A stretch of DNA of 63,569 nt, the filler included, from Octopus bimaculoides (lineage: Eukaryota), in assembly GCF_001194135.2 (NCBI RefSeq). It is 4 parts of 2 records of this genome, joined end to end, with 100 filler letters (N's around TTAATTAATTAA, not from the genome) between each part and the next. Parts side by side here need not be neighbours in the genome. Positions count along the whole stretch, not along the records: positions 1 to 24,196 come from NC_068989.1; positions 24,297 to 44,680 come from NC_068990.1; 2 more parts are not named here. One strand, given 5' to 3'. Position 1 is the first letter of the stretch. Each line of letters starts with the position of its first letter. The notes under the pieces were generated by a model. The model did no database searches. It worked only from the letters and a program-made list of their open reading frames with translations, and was not told where the DNA came from. Shown here in pieces: positions 13,225 to 25,699 of the stretch. The translations under genes and the position numbers were made by a program.

Positions 13225-13549
13225 AACTGCCTTTCCGTCAGTTACGACAACGAAGATTCCAGCTGATCCGATCAACGGAACAGCCTGCTCGTGAAATTAA
13301 CGTGCAAGTGGTTGAGCTTTCCACAGACACGCGTACCCTTAACGTAGTTCTCAGGGATATTCAGCATGACACAGAATGTGACAAGGCTGCCCATTTTGAA
13401 TTACAGGTACTACTCATTTTTGCCAGTTGAGTGAACTAAAGCAAGGTAAAATAAAGTGTCTTGCTCAAGGACACAACGCATCACCTGTAATTGAACTCAC
13501 GACCTTACGATCGTGCGTAGAATACCCTAACCACTAAACCACGCGCCCT
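13225..13549 (-). mobile_element. SINE family C (tRNA head, CORE-like domain, tail C)
   Basis: gtgtccttgagcaagacactttatttt..ttcactcaactggcaaaaatgagt CORE-like block plus tail C. Confidence 0.88.
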
Positions 13550-14245
13550 GACTCAGGATATTATAACAATTCAAATCAGCTAACTAGTCGAAATACTGTC
13601 AGTTCTATGAAAGCTATCCCTGACGGTGCGTGTGCTTCTTCCTTGAGCTATCTAAAGTCGCTGAGAAGGTAACAAAATCTATTTTCTTCCTGCTCAATTC
13701 ATACGCAATCACTGCCCCTGATGCGGGCGGTTTCGGACTTGCCGGGCGGGACACCTTCACCATGATCGGCTACATCTTCATTCTCGGCGTTAATTTTTTC
13801 CTTGTTGCGTTGCAACATGATTTCATGAGTCGTTCGTGGGGTTTCTACGGAAGTTGATATTGAGATCCCATCTCCCTCTTCCTCTCTTTATTTGTATATA
13901 CACGTGCACATGAATGTACACACACACATATATAAATAACGTGCTTGCACTGTGTCACCTCCATAACCACAGTGATTATCATTATCACCATCGTTCTACC
14001 TATAGCATTTAAAATTATCAATAATAATATGGGTCCCGGTATATTGCAGCAGATTTTCGTCACTATTTACTCGGCAAGCGTTCTCCTTTCACTCCTTATA
14101 TAATGGTCTATACTAATCAGTCCTCTGCTACCATTCTTTTTTTTTCATATACAGTCTGTTTACGTTTGCAGTTAACAATTAATACTATCTTTTGCGCTCC
14201 CTGCATGAATGGTAATCCAGGGGTCATTCTCAACTAATTATTATT

Positions 14246-14752
14246 AAGGCGACGAACTGGTAGAATTGTTAGCAAGTCGGGTGAAATGCTTAGTGGCGTT
14301 TCATCCGTCTTCACCTTCTGAGTTCAAATTCCGCCGAGGTCGACTTTGCTTTTCATCCTTTCGGAGTCGATAAATTAAGTACCAGTTCAGTACTGAGGTC
14401 GATGTAATCGACTTATCTCCTCCCAGAAAATTGCTGGCCTTGTGCCAAAATTTGAACTCATAATTATTATTATTATCAAGATGGCGAGCTGGCAGAATCG
14501 TTAACACGCCAGACAAAAGGCTAAGCGGTATTTCGTTCGTCTTTACGTTCTGGTTCCAAATTCCGCCGAGGTCGACAAAACGCTAAGTTGCATTTCGTCC
14601 GACTTTACGTACCGGTTTCAAATTCCACCTAGGTCGACTTTGCCTTTCATCCGTTTGTGGTCGATAAAATAAGTACCAGTCAAATGATAGGGTCGATGTA
14701 ATCGACTAGTCACCTCCCACCAAATATCAGGCCTTGTTCCTACACTTAAAGG
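14246..14752 (+). mobile_element. SINE family A, two head-to-tail copies; second has an internal ~60-bp duplication
   Basis: Copies 14246-14458 and 14478-14752. Confidence 0.9.
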
Positions 14753-15235
14753 GTTTATTATTATTATTATTATTAGTAGTAGTAGTAGTAGTAGTAGTGG
14801 TAGTAGTAGTAGTAGAGTTAAGTTGATTGGAGCAAAGTGAAATGAAGTGCTTTGTTCATGGACACAGCGAACTACCGTAGTCAGAAATTGAATTCATACT
14901 TAATGGTCATGAGCCGAACACCCTAACCACTGGGCTACGCACCTTCCCATTCATACTTCATTATAAGGAACGGACGGTGAATAGTGACGAGCTAATGTCT
15001 GTTACACACGTATGTTGAGTAGTGCCGGGGGAGAGGTCTGCGACATGCGCAGATTGGTGGAATTGAAATGGTCACATAGCTTTGCACAGTTCGCTTCTAT
15101 TTTTTTGGTCTTTTGTTATATTTTCCTTTTACTATTTTCATTCTTTGGATCGCAACCATACTCAGGCCTTACTTTGAAAAGTATAGTCGATTACACAGAT
15201 CCGCACTATTTTACAGGTAGTTATTAAGGGCGTAT

Positions 15236-15614
15236 GGAGGCGCAATGGCCCAGTGGTTAGGGCAGCAGACTCGCAATCAAAGGATCGCGGTTTCGATTCC
15301 CAGACCGAACGTAGTGAGTGTTTATTGAGCGAAAACACCTAAAGCGCTACGCGGCTCAGGTAGGGTGTGGTAGTGAACCTTCCTTTACTCTTTCGCCATA
15401 ATTTTCTTTCACTCTTTCTTCCTGTATCTGTTGTACTTGTATTTCAAAGGGCCAGCCTTGTCACACTCTGTATCACGCTGAATATCCCCGAGAACTACGT
15501 TAAGGGTTCACGCGTCTGTGGAGTGCTCAGCTACTTGCACGTTAATTTCATGAACAGTCTGTTCTGTTGATCAGATCAACTGGAACACTCGTCGTTGTAA
15601 AAGACGGAGTGCCA
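15236..15614 (+). mobile_element. SINE family B head (tRNA-Arg-like) with tail type C
   Basis: ggaggcgcaatggcccagtggttagggcagcagactcgc..ggtttcgattccc head; tail aagggccagccttgtcac..gacggagtgcca. Confidence 0.9.
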
Positions 15615-15932
15615 CTATTTAGAGCGAAGTCGTTCTGGGTATGGTTTGGATTCGGAACAGTAAGGAACATCAAAATACACATCAAAATACAGTAAGTTAT
15701 GTAGTAGAATATTTTAGCGATTCTGCTCACCATTACATTTATTTCTTTAATTTAGTACAATTAATTTTGTTGTTAAATTATAATTTTTTTTATTTATTTG
15801 CATTTTCTTTTCTGAATTTTTATTTATTCGGTCAAACAATTGATAACATTTTAGTCATAAAACAGGTTCATCTTTATTCATAACTCTTACTTTCCATTCC
15901 TCCCCATCTTTTTCACTATGTGTCAGCCGTCA

Positions 15933-16004
<72 letters not shown>

Positions 16005-17320
16005 TCACTCACACACAGACACAAATGTTCGCAGATTAATTAGGTATACTTTTTTTTTTTTACATGTGTTTATCTCCCACATCAAATGAATGCGTCTCCT
16101 GTGATAAATTAACAATTTCTGATAGGAAGAAATGTTTTCTAAATATCCAGATCTGATACGTAGCAGATACTTTAACAAAGCAACCGCTCTCTAACATTTT
16201 CAAGTTGAAACGTAATACACGATAGCAAACTGAAATAGATTAGGAATGAGATCAAAGTGAAAGTTGTGCAAACAAAAACATTCGTTTATATTCAACATGG
16301 AAAAACACATTACAGTGTAAACATTTCAGATAATGCAATAAATATTTTGCGGAGTATCTTACGTCAAATACACATTAAAATAAAGCAGCATTCAGAATCC
16401 ATTATATCAATTGTTTAGTGACATGTTCGTATAAAAAATTAACTTTCTCAGCTCTTCAGATCTTTTGCTCAAAGACACTTTATAATTAATAATTCTCGAT
16501 TTTAATTGGATCTATTTTTTTTTTTTTATGAAAGAAACAGTGTAATAACAGCTTTTTCAGTACATAATACAAAATTCAATAGGAAATGTTATACAAGATT
16601 GACTCATTACATCTCAGTAGTAGACACAGTGGAATAAGCAACTGTTAGCTTGCTTCCTAAGTCTTATTACAATAGAGACACATCGGCGAGACACACATTA
16701 CAATAGCGTATTTGGAACACTAGGCAAAGATACAATTTCATCAGAAAATATATTACCGTAAAGTGTTTAACTATTGAACATAAGAACACAAATTACCATA
16801 AAGCAAAGTTTTCCTAGAATAAAATACATTAGAATAGACAATTGTCAATTCGCTGACATTTTTAGTATTACAAAACAATAGATTACATAATTTTCAGCTC
16901 AAGGCGCATCAGTCCATCAAAATCCAACGCTTAGTGAGGCGATAAGTAGACACTAAGAGATGCAATCTCCACCCTCCATATTTCCCTATCATCAGCCTAC
17001 CTCGCGTTTTCTATCATATTTCTTCCTACCCATTTTTTTTAATGCAGTCCAACCACTCTGTGCTTTTCCTATATTTCGTTTACAATGTGAAAGGGCATTC
17101 GTGTATGACTGTGTTGAGCTAAAAGTGCGTCGTCGGATATAGTTACATAACCAAACTGTGTTCCGATTTTTGTAGTTCACCATCTCCTGAAGGTAACAAT
17201 GGAAATTTCCAGCACGCGCCAAATTATAAAACAGAGGATCAAGTAAGCTACATATCACACTAGGATTTATTCTTATAAATTCCATTAAATTTTTCCTATT
17301 TTCAATTTAAGCTATGTATT

Positions 17321-18030
17321 GGTTTCAAATGTTGGCACTAGGCCAGCAAGTCCGTAAGAGGGGTAAACCGATTACATTCACCCTAGTGCTTGACTGGTAC
17401 TTATTTAATCGACTACAAAAGGGGATGAAAGGAAAAGTCGACCCCGACGGAATTTGAGCTCAGAACATAAATATGGTCGAAATGCCGCTAAGCATTATAC
17501 CCGGCACGGTAACGATTCTGCCAGCTCGCTGCCTTAAATCTTTAATTCAAGATATATATTGTTTTCTAATTTTGTCACAAGGCGAGCAGTTTTTTTGCGG
17601 GGGGGGGGATTTAGTTGGTTACATCGCTTCCAGCACTTAAATGGTACTTACTTTATCAACTCTGAGAGGGATGAAAGGCAAAGTTTACCTCGGTGGAATT
17701 TGAACTCAGAATGTAAGGACGGACAAAATGCCGCTAAGCAGTTTGTCCGATGCGATAACGACTCTGCCAGCTCGCCGCCTTAATTCTTTAATTTACGATA
17801 TATATATATATATATTTCTTTATTGCCCACAGGGGGTAAACACAAAGGGGACAAACAAGGACAGACAGAGGGATTAAGTTGATTACATCGACCCAGTGTA
17901 CAACTGGTACTTATTTAATCGATCCCGAAAGGATGAAAGGCAAAGTCGACCTCGGCGGAATTTGAACTCAGAACATAAAGACAGATGAAATACTGCTAAG
18001 CATTTCGCCCGGCGTGCTAATGACTCTACA
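17321..18030 (-). mobile_element. SINE family A, three tandem copies
   Basis: Copies about 17321-17537, 17560-17782 and 17816-18030. Confidence 0.9.
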
Positions 18031-18320
18031 TCCCGTTATGTTCTCACTTTACATTACAAAACATTGCCAGAGAATTTTTCATTTCATGGAACTATCCGAC
18101 ACAAATTTTTAATCATTAGACAATATATAAGAATACAAAATTGGTCAATAAGCTTCGCACCTTTTAGTGTTTGACGTATTGCAATGTAGATTGAGAAACA
18201 AAATATATTGCAAATCATTATTTCCAGGACAGAATACATTTAAATGTAAAGACTGCCGCAGAAGACAGTTTGATAGCCTCTATTTCGTATAAAATATATT
18301 TCAATATATTATATTCTTTT

Positions 18321-18520
18321 AAAGCGACGAGCTGGCAGAATCGTTAGCACGCTTAGCGAAATGCTTAGTGGAATTTCGTCCGTCTTTACGTCCTGAGTTC
18401 AAAATCCGTCGAGGTCGAGTTTATTTTGCATCCTTTGGGGGACGATGAAGTAAGTACCAATTAAACACTGACTTACCCACTTCCCCTAAAATTCCTGGTC
18501 TCGTGCCAAAAGTTGATACC
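18321..18520 (+). mobile_element. SINE family A
   Basis: Family A head and core. Confidence 0.85.
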
Positions 18521-18534
18521 AATATTGTCTTCAT

Positions 18535-18903
18535 TTCATTCAGTCATTGAACTGCGGCAGTGCTAGGGCACTATCTTGAAGTATTTTGTTGAACAAACTA
18601 CCTTCAATATTTGTTGCAGTTCTTAAGTCTATTACTTATTCTATCGGACGCATTTGTCGAACCGCTAATGTTACGAAGGCGTAAACAGACAAGCACAGAT
18701 GGTAAGGCGATGCTGGAGGAGAAGCCCAAAGACGTGAGTCACATATGATTATACATACGTACACAGTTTCCGTCTTCCAAATATACTTACAAGGGCCTCG
18801 TCGGCTGAAGCTATAGTAAAAGACGCTTGCCCAAGTTACCGCACGCTGGGACTGAACCCGAAACAACGTGGGTGCGAATCGAACATCTCAACCACTCGAC
18901 TAC
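18535..18903 (-). mobile_element. SINE family D (diverged)
   Basis: Recognisable head and tail blocks. Confidence 0.75.
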
Positions 18904-18949
18904 ATGTGTGTGTGTGTGCATGTGTATGTGTTTGTGTGTGTATATGTGC

Positions 18950-18993
<44 letters not shown>

Positions 18994-19061
18994 ACATTTT
19001 CAAGAAAATTATTGATAATTTTTATAAACATCTTCCGTTAGTAACTACAATAACTTTACAG

Positions 19062-19160
19062 ATGATGCATCTACAAGATTTTCAGGGAAAACCACATTTG
19101 CAAGCATTCGCAGTACATTTTCCACGATCGTAGAAAGATGTGAACGTTATCGAAGCAGTC
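19062..19160 (+). CDS. Candidate internal exon of an unidentified host gene
   Basis: aactttacAG|..99 bp..GTC|GTAAGT; single open frame (phase 1-1): DASTRFSGKTTFASIRSTFSTIVERCERYRSS. Confidence 0.35.
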
Positions 19161-22100
19161 GTAAGTTTTGTAGTGCTCCTCATGTTTGTTTTTCAACGTA
19201 AACTCTATTTGCTGAATGAAACCGTTTTACGACCGGGCCTCAAGTAAACTCTATTGTTCAAATTATATCTCTTTATGGCTGAGTAAGATAAACTTTTTTG
19301 TCTAAATCAGTGGCTCTTAACCTGAGTGGTACGTTTTCTTGTTAGCGGTAAACGTCAAGAGGCCAGCAAGTGGGTACTTGGTGTTTAGGAAAATCGTGGT
19401 ATTCCTTAGAAATAAAACATTTAAACCAGGTACGATATTGACTTCAGATTTTGGCACAAGGCCAGCAAGTTTGGGGGAAGGAACAAGTCGCTTACATCAA
19501 ACCCCAGTACACAACTTGGAAGTTGGGATAGCACACCCAAAAGATAATGCATGGTTTGTAAATTGTGAGAGGTTAGGGTTAACTGTATTGAAATCTTGGT
19601 ACGACGACTTATTGATTAAAAGAAATGGTAAAATTGATTGAACCAATGCAGTCCGGCTGAGACAATTTAACAATGGTTTACAAATGATATACGAGTATTT
19701 ATTTGTGTGTGAATTATTATATCTGTGCGTGTTACAGTATATACTATAAACAAAGAGATCTTTTAAAAGCAGCACATTTGCCTAACGTGAAACCAAAACT
19801 AGTAGAGAAGGTAACATAATGTTCAACTGTTTTCACTGAAATAGATTCCACGTGGAGAACATAGCTTGTGATGTAAAACAGAAGAGCATTCGAGTGGTTT
19901 ACAGAGCTGTGTTTAACTCTGAGTTTTTGTTGTTCTTGTTTTTTAATATTTACTATCAAGTTTTGTAAATCTACTGCTAATAACTGTCTATTATTTATTA
20001 GTTGAAACGCAAAGATGGTTCAGAGACTAGACACTATGTACTGTAAAAAAAGAAAAAACGAATCAACGGAAATGATATCTTAAAGATGTAAAATAAATGT
20101 ATTGCTGTCGATCATTGAACGATCAAAGTCGGAATCGAGTTAAATCATAAATTGACGCAAAGCAAAAAGAAAATGCCTTGAAAAAAAGTTAAAGGTTAAT
20201 CGATTGACCTTTCACGAAAGAAGCAGCCATCGGCAGGTAATCAGTACTATTGAGTTCATTGGTTAAGAGTTTCATGTTTTGATGTTCGTATCTTTCCCGG
20301 GAGCATTAGAGAAGTAAGTGCAATAGCAGCAACCGGGAATCGATCCTACGTCACAGACTTCGTTTGCCGGAAGCTTACCACTTACTATTTTGTGCGCGCA
20401 TTTAACTACAAATACATCTTCAATAACAGAATGAGAGTGTGGGGAAACGACAACAAAAACATACTGGTGTATTTTGAAGAAGTATTATATTTTGAGAAGA
20501 GATGAGAAATAAAATATTTTGTCATTAAGGCTTTTATTGAGGGAATAGCCATATATGTGAAGTGGAATGGTTTCAATTGCCAGTCTTATCTTCTTTACTA
20601 ACTCGCTTCTTCTCCTATGGTATACACCACAGCTTGAATTAAAGACTTTTGTACAACCTTTTGAAGAACCAGAACATGGAGTAGTAATTCGCATTTAAAA
20701 GCTGTATCTTCAAAATGTTAGTACACTGTTTCAAATATCACTGGAAACAAAATAATTTCTTCTTTCACTATTTCAATTTATTTAAATTTGCTCAGTTTCT
20801 AAAATATTCAAATTTTAAGGTCTATAAATCTTCAGCTGTTAATTTTCTAAAGTTTTGACTAAATTTCAAATTTCATAAAACTTAACAGTCTAATTCATAG
20901 AGCATGATAGCTGAATATTTTACATAAGATAGAATTAAAGAAAAATCTATTTTCTACCTGAAGTAGTATCTGAAACTGAGTTCTAACTTTTTAAAGACGT
21001 GATTTTTTTTAAATGAGAAATTTCAATAACGTATTCAATTATCAGACAGTTCATCCACAGTATTCATAATCTAGCCTTATTCCAGGGTCTCAGAACAGTT
21101 GCGCGATATCTCTATACGGGATACAGCCGAACTAGCTAGGGTAGATGGCTCTTGGAAAATTACACAGAATGACCCTGTATGTTAGAAGATGCTGCTTTCA
21201 CGCTTTCTTTAAGCAAGATGAGAAGCCTCTTTGCTATCATTTTTATCCCCGTTCACCATTCATTCCTCAGCAATGCTGGTTGATATAATAATCAGAACAT
21301 CAGGAAACATTATGTATCAAGTACAAGAGTAAAAAAAAAAGCACAGCTTGAGGTTAACCCAACCATGTCCAATAATGTACCTTGAAAACACTTTACAGTC
21401 CATGGCTGGCAATCTTGAATAGTTAGGTTTTGCATGTCAACAGAGAAATACTTTAAACAATTATGACATTCAAGAATTGGAACAATATATCGAACTAAAT
21501 TAATTGCTTTGGTTCCAATAAAAAAAGTAATAAACAAATGGTGATATCTGACTCGGGAAGAATAATTTTCTTTATGGTTTTTCATCAAATAAATTTTGGG
21601 AAGAAATATGTTTACTCGTGCGGATTGCTTTTGCAGTAACTTCATCTGAATCTGCTGCAAATTTGGTAATCGATATGCATGACAACACATTCTGCTTTTA
21701 AACTGTCACTCGTTCTTGCACACAATGATAGTCCAGTGTGAAATACTGGCAAAGGATCTGCATATCCAGAGTTTCTGAAGCTGAAATTATGAGATGAATG
21801 CACAGTGTGTCACATTCTAATATTTGAGGCTCTTGATTTCATCCGTCTCATCACGCGTCTTCAATGCATACGTCTCAGAGTAACAGTAACATCGTGCTGG
21901 GTGTCTCTGAGGATTTCAGGTAAAGGGTCATTAAAAAGTGTACAACTGCCAGTCACTACAAATGCATTATAAAGGGTACATCTACCGATACGTTGATAGC
22001 CTATCGCAGTGAAAGCCATATCTGGAAATGCCAGAAAAAACTTCATCTCTCTACTTACGTGAGAAATGCACTCAAATAAATATCTCAGCAACTCATCAAA

Positions 22101-22940
22101 GGCGTCTCAGCAGCTCAGTTTACCAATGTTTTATTTCAATGAAGGTAACGGTCGGTTATCCGTTAACACTGAGAGCAGAGACGCCAAATTACAAAGAAAT
22201 TGTAGAACAATAATCAACATATCACAAGAAAAATTCTATTGAAAGTTAATCCTCACAATTTACAAACCATGAATTACCTTTTGGGCGTGCTATGTGGGCG
22301 TCCCAGAATGATAATATCGTCTTCTTTTTATCTTTCACTGGTTTCAGCGTGCAAGGAATCCTATGATGGATACCTCTTATGTGTCTAAATGTACACTGTA
22401 TTTATATGAATAATATATATATTGACTAAATTTTTACACACTAGGCCACTAGTAATAGAAATTTCTAATATTTCTTATTACGCTTGATATTATTAATTAT
22501 AAATATATACTAATATATATATGTATGTCTCTGTGTGTACGTATATATGTATTCATTATGTATGTATGTACGTATGCATGCATGCATACATGTATATATA
22601 GGTGTATGTGTGGCTGTGCATATGTATGTATGCATATCAATGAGACATAAACAAACTTAGCTGAGTCGTTGCTGCTTTGAAAACTTTTCTAAAATATATG
22701 TTGACTTACAGTTCCCCGAGTGGTGAAACTTATAATTTGTAATAAATCTACTTTTGACGTGTAATTATTAATCAGTGGAAGACATCTTGGAAAGGTGTTT
22801 TAAAATCTCTAAATGTTTGTCCAACTCTATTATTTTGACTGAATGATTTGTTTGTTTTCCATCTGAGGATATTATTGATATATACATATATACATATATA
22901 CATATAGATATAAATATAAACTTACATGCTTACATGAATG

Positions 22941-22975
<35 letters not shown>

Positions 22976-23358
22976 NNNNNNNNNNNNNNNNNNNNNNNNN
23001 NNNNNNNNNNNNNNNNNNNNNNNNNNNNNNNNNNNNNNNNNNNNNNNNNNNNNNNNNNNNNNNNNNNNNNNNNNNNNNNNNNNNNNNNNNNNNNNNNNNN
23101 NNNNNNNNNNNNNNNNNNNNNNNNNNNNNNNNNNNNNNNNNNNNNNNNNNNNNNNNNNNNNNNNNNNNNNNNNNNNNNNNNNNNNNNNNNNNNNNNNNNN
23201 NNNNNNNNNNNNNNNNNNNNNNNNNNNNNNNNNNNNNNNNNNNNNNNNNNNNNNNNNNNNNNNNNNNNNNNNNNNNNNNNNNNNNNNNNNNNNNNNNNNN
23301 NNNNNNNNNNNNNNNNNNNNNNNNNNNNNNNNNNNNNNNNNNNNNNNNNNNNNNNNNN

Positions 23359-23421
<63 letters not shown>

Positions 23422-23730
23422 GTATAAAACAGCAAAGACAGAGAATGAGAAAATGAATAGGTGACATGACATGAATAAATTACACAAGCGACAGTTTACA
23501 CACTCACATACGGACGCGCGCACAGGCACACGTATACGCATAGATAGACGCTCAATCACACGTATATACAGACACGTTTGCATAGTCATAGAGACAGAGA
23601 GACAGAGAAAGAAAGAAAGAAAGAAAGAAAAATCCAAGAAGCGAAAGAGACAAGCAGACAGACAGTCATGCTAAAATGTGTTCTGTTGATATTTTGATTT
23701 TTGTTCTATTCTTAGTGTCTACTGTTTATA

Positions 23731-23941
23731 CAGAATGGTACAAAAGTAGGCTAACACTTGTATAGTTGTATATTTTATTTTCTTAAAAACATTGTACAAT
23801 GTTAGTCCCGTAAATGCTCAAAACGTCTGCCCTGACCATTGACACTTTCTTGGAGTCTTATCAGCCACACTGCCTAACTGTTAGCCTACCTTTGGAATAA
23901 AAATATACAACTATTAGCCTACTTTTACACCACCATGTGTG
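23731..23941. mobile_element. Tc1/mariner-type MITE
   Basis: Imperfect ~40-bp TIRs sharing aaaagtaggctaa and atagttgtatatttt; TA at both ends. Confidence 0.7.
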
Positions 23942-23954
23942 TATATATATATAT

Positions 23955-24153
23955 GGGAGAATGTACGGAAAAAAAACAACAGACGAGGACAGGTGGTGTA
24001 AACAACAAAAGGATGTATTAGTTTGACGCTCGGGAATACAGAAAGTCTTTAACGTTTCGAGCTACGCTCTTCAACAGAAAGAATACGGAGAAAACAAGGA
24101 GAAAAACACGGAGAAAAAAATTGAATGGTGTTTGGTCAGCGATTAATCATGGC
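23955..24153 (-). mobile_element. ~200-bp non-coding element with an HHR-like motif, inserted in (TA)n
   Basis: Flanked by (TA)n on both sides; no ORF and no obvious pol III A/B boxes; HHR-like motif at 24046-24082. Confidence 0.6.
24046..24082 (-). ncRNA. Minimal hammerhead-like motif, variant core
   Basis: Minus strand: tcttt CTGTTGA a GAGC gta GCTC GAAA cg TT aaaga; perfect stems I and II, core has U at A6 and one extra nt after A9. Confidence 0.6.
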
Positions 24154-24196
24154 ATATATATATGTATGTATATATATTCATTTATATATATATATA

Positions 24197-24296
24197 NNNN
24201 NNNNNNNNNNNNNNNNNNNNNNNNNNNNNNNNNNNNNNNNTTAATTAATTAANNNNNNNNNNNNNNNNNNNNNNNNNNNNNNNNNNNNNNNNNNNN
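24197..24296. other. Artificial 100-bp scaffold join: 44 N + TTAATTAATTAA + 44 N (also at 44681-44780 and 60852-60951)
   Basis: Identical geometry three times; the 12-mer puts stop codons in all six frames. Confidence 0.95.
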
Positions 24297-24397
24297 TATA
24301 TATATATATATATATATATGTATGCGTGCGCGCGTGTTTAAGTCGTCTAAGAGTCCATAAGCCAGGATGCACTCATATATCTGTCAATAGAGTGGGT

Positions 24398-24797
24398 ATA
24401 TTATCCGCAGTGTACAGTGTTAGATATCCATTACGGCCGATCTTACCAATCGGTTTCGCGCTAGGGATTCACTCATCAGTGGTAACCGATATGGAATGAA
24501 ATATAGCGACTGCTCTATTGTTGGAGGTGAATAGACACAACCGGTTGGCGGTTGTGAAACGAATAGGGGATTAAGTTAGGAGTTATATACCTTAGTATCA
24601 AAATATCGCTGCTGGGGTGCTTATGTTGCAAGTCGGTAAGAGTTATCTTGAAGTGTTTGTGGGAAATGTATGCATTTTTAAGGTTGGTATTCTTGTGAAA
24701 ATAGAATATGTGTAGTGGCACTATGCGTATAACCTTTGCAGGGGATGTGGGCATACACATCTGTTCATTAGTGCGTTTTCTTTCTTTTATGTATTGG
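24398..24797 (-). repeat. PLE 3' pseudo-LTR (arm 1 of ~400-bp inverted repeat)
   Basis: Read-through alignment by eye to the reverse complement of 26397-26822, e.g. tatccattacggccgatcttacc vs ggtaagatcggccgtaatggata. Confidence 0.9.
24443..24485 (-). ncRNA. Minimal type I hammerhead ribozyme-like motif (degenerate)
   Basis: Minus strand: ttacca CTGATGA gtgaatccctagcgc GAAA ccgat tggtaa; perfect 6-bp stem I, stem II shortened by a 3-nt deletion, cleavage triplet non-canonical. Confidence 0.7.
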
Positions 24798-25021
24798 TTA
24801 AGTTCGTGGGGCCTTTATGTGTGCGTGCGTTAAGTGTAGGGATACAAATTTGTGTGTAGAGTTTATATTGGGGGTAGTGGAAAACAGTGTATTTGGTAGA
24901 TGTCTGCCGTATTGAGGCGTGCATGTTTGTATTTGGGTGCGTTAGTGTATGCTGTGGTCAAACTCTTTGCTGGACTCCAGGGTATTGGTGGGGAGTCAAA
25001 GCTGGGGACTGGTGATTGTAT

Positions 25022-25516
25022 TCATGATGGAGTACGCAGGTATGACAGGATGTACTTCCTTTTATGTGGGTAAAGATTAAAAATTTCACTTTTGCTATTC
25101 AGGTAAATACCTGGGTGCTGGGTACTCTTTAAAATTGCTCTTTTCTCAGTCATGCATAACCTGCACTTCCTGCTGCTATTGAAGCACAGTTTACATTTCT
25201 CTAGGATCTTCCACTTTATGCTGTAATCGGTGGCGCTTTCTTTCAAAGACCAAACATGATTGGCCAGGGTTGTGGCGTTACATCTCTCCGGGATATTGAA
25301 AGAGGACTTGTGGTTGTTATGGCGAATTCTGAAGTGACCTTCACTTGCTCCCACGTACTTTCGCACGTTTGGTTGCCCATTTGACCCAATGGCTGTTACC
25401 TCTGCCTCGTATACGACGGTCTCTGTGTTACAGTGGTCATTCAGTGCACATGTTGTTTTACCCGTACATGAGTATCCTGCTTCTGTTTCAGGTGTGGGCA
25501 AACCTACTAAAACCAT
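25022..25516 (-). pseudogene. PLE GIY-YIG endonuclease domain
   Basis: 164-aa ORF with CALNDHC..VVYEAEV..YVGASE..RHNNH..LNSKSE pattern typical of Penelope endonucleases. Confidence 0.9.
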
Positions 25517-25699
25517 TTTTTTTTACACTAAGTGCACAACTAAAAGGTATGCCTATTGAATATTTTGTTGAACTATTTGTACGGGGGAAGGGCTTATCTA
25601 CTAAGCGAAGAAAAATCTTACCTACTCGGGTTTTAACACTTAAAGAGAAGGGTAGTGTGAACCACAACACTTTCCGGTAGCGCTTTCTCTTGGAGGGGT

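Noticed and set aside
15236-15305. tRNA-like heads (also 4408, 38482, 54750-54824 and about 20320-20400)
   Set aside because: They continue directly into SINE bodies and lack a closing acceptor stem; not tRNA genes
24241-24252. TTAATTAATTAA island inside gaps (also 44725-44736 and 60896-60907)
   Set aside because: Always centred in 44 N + 12 + 44 N; a six-frame-stop scaffolding linker, not biology
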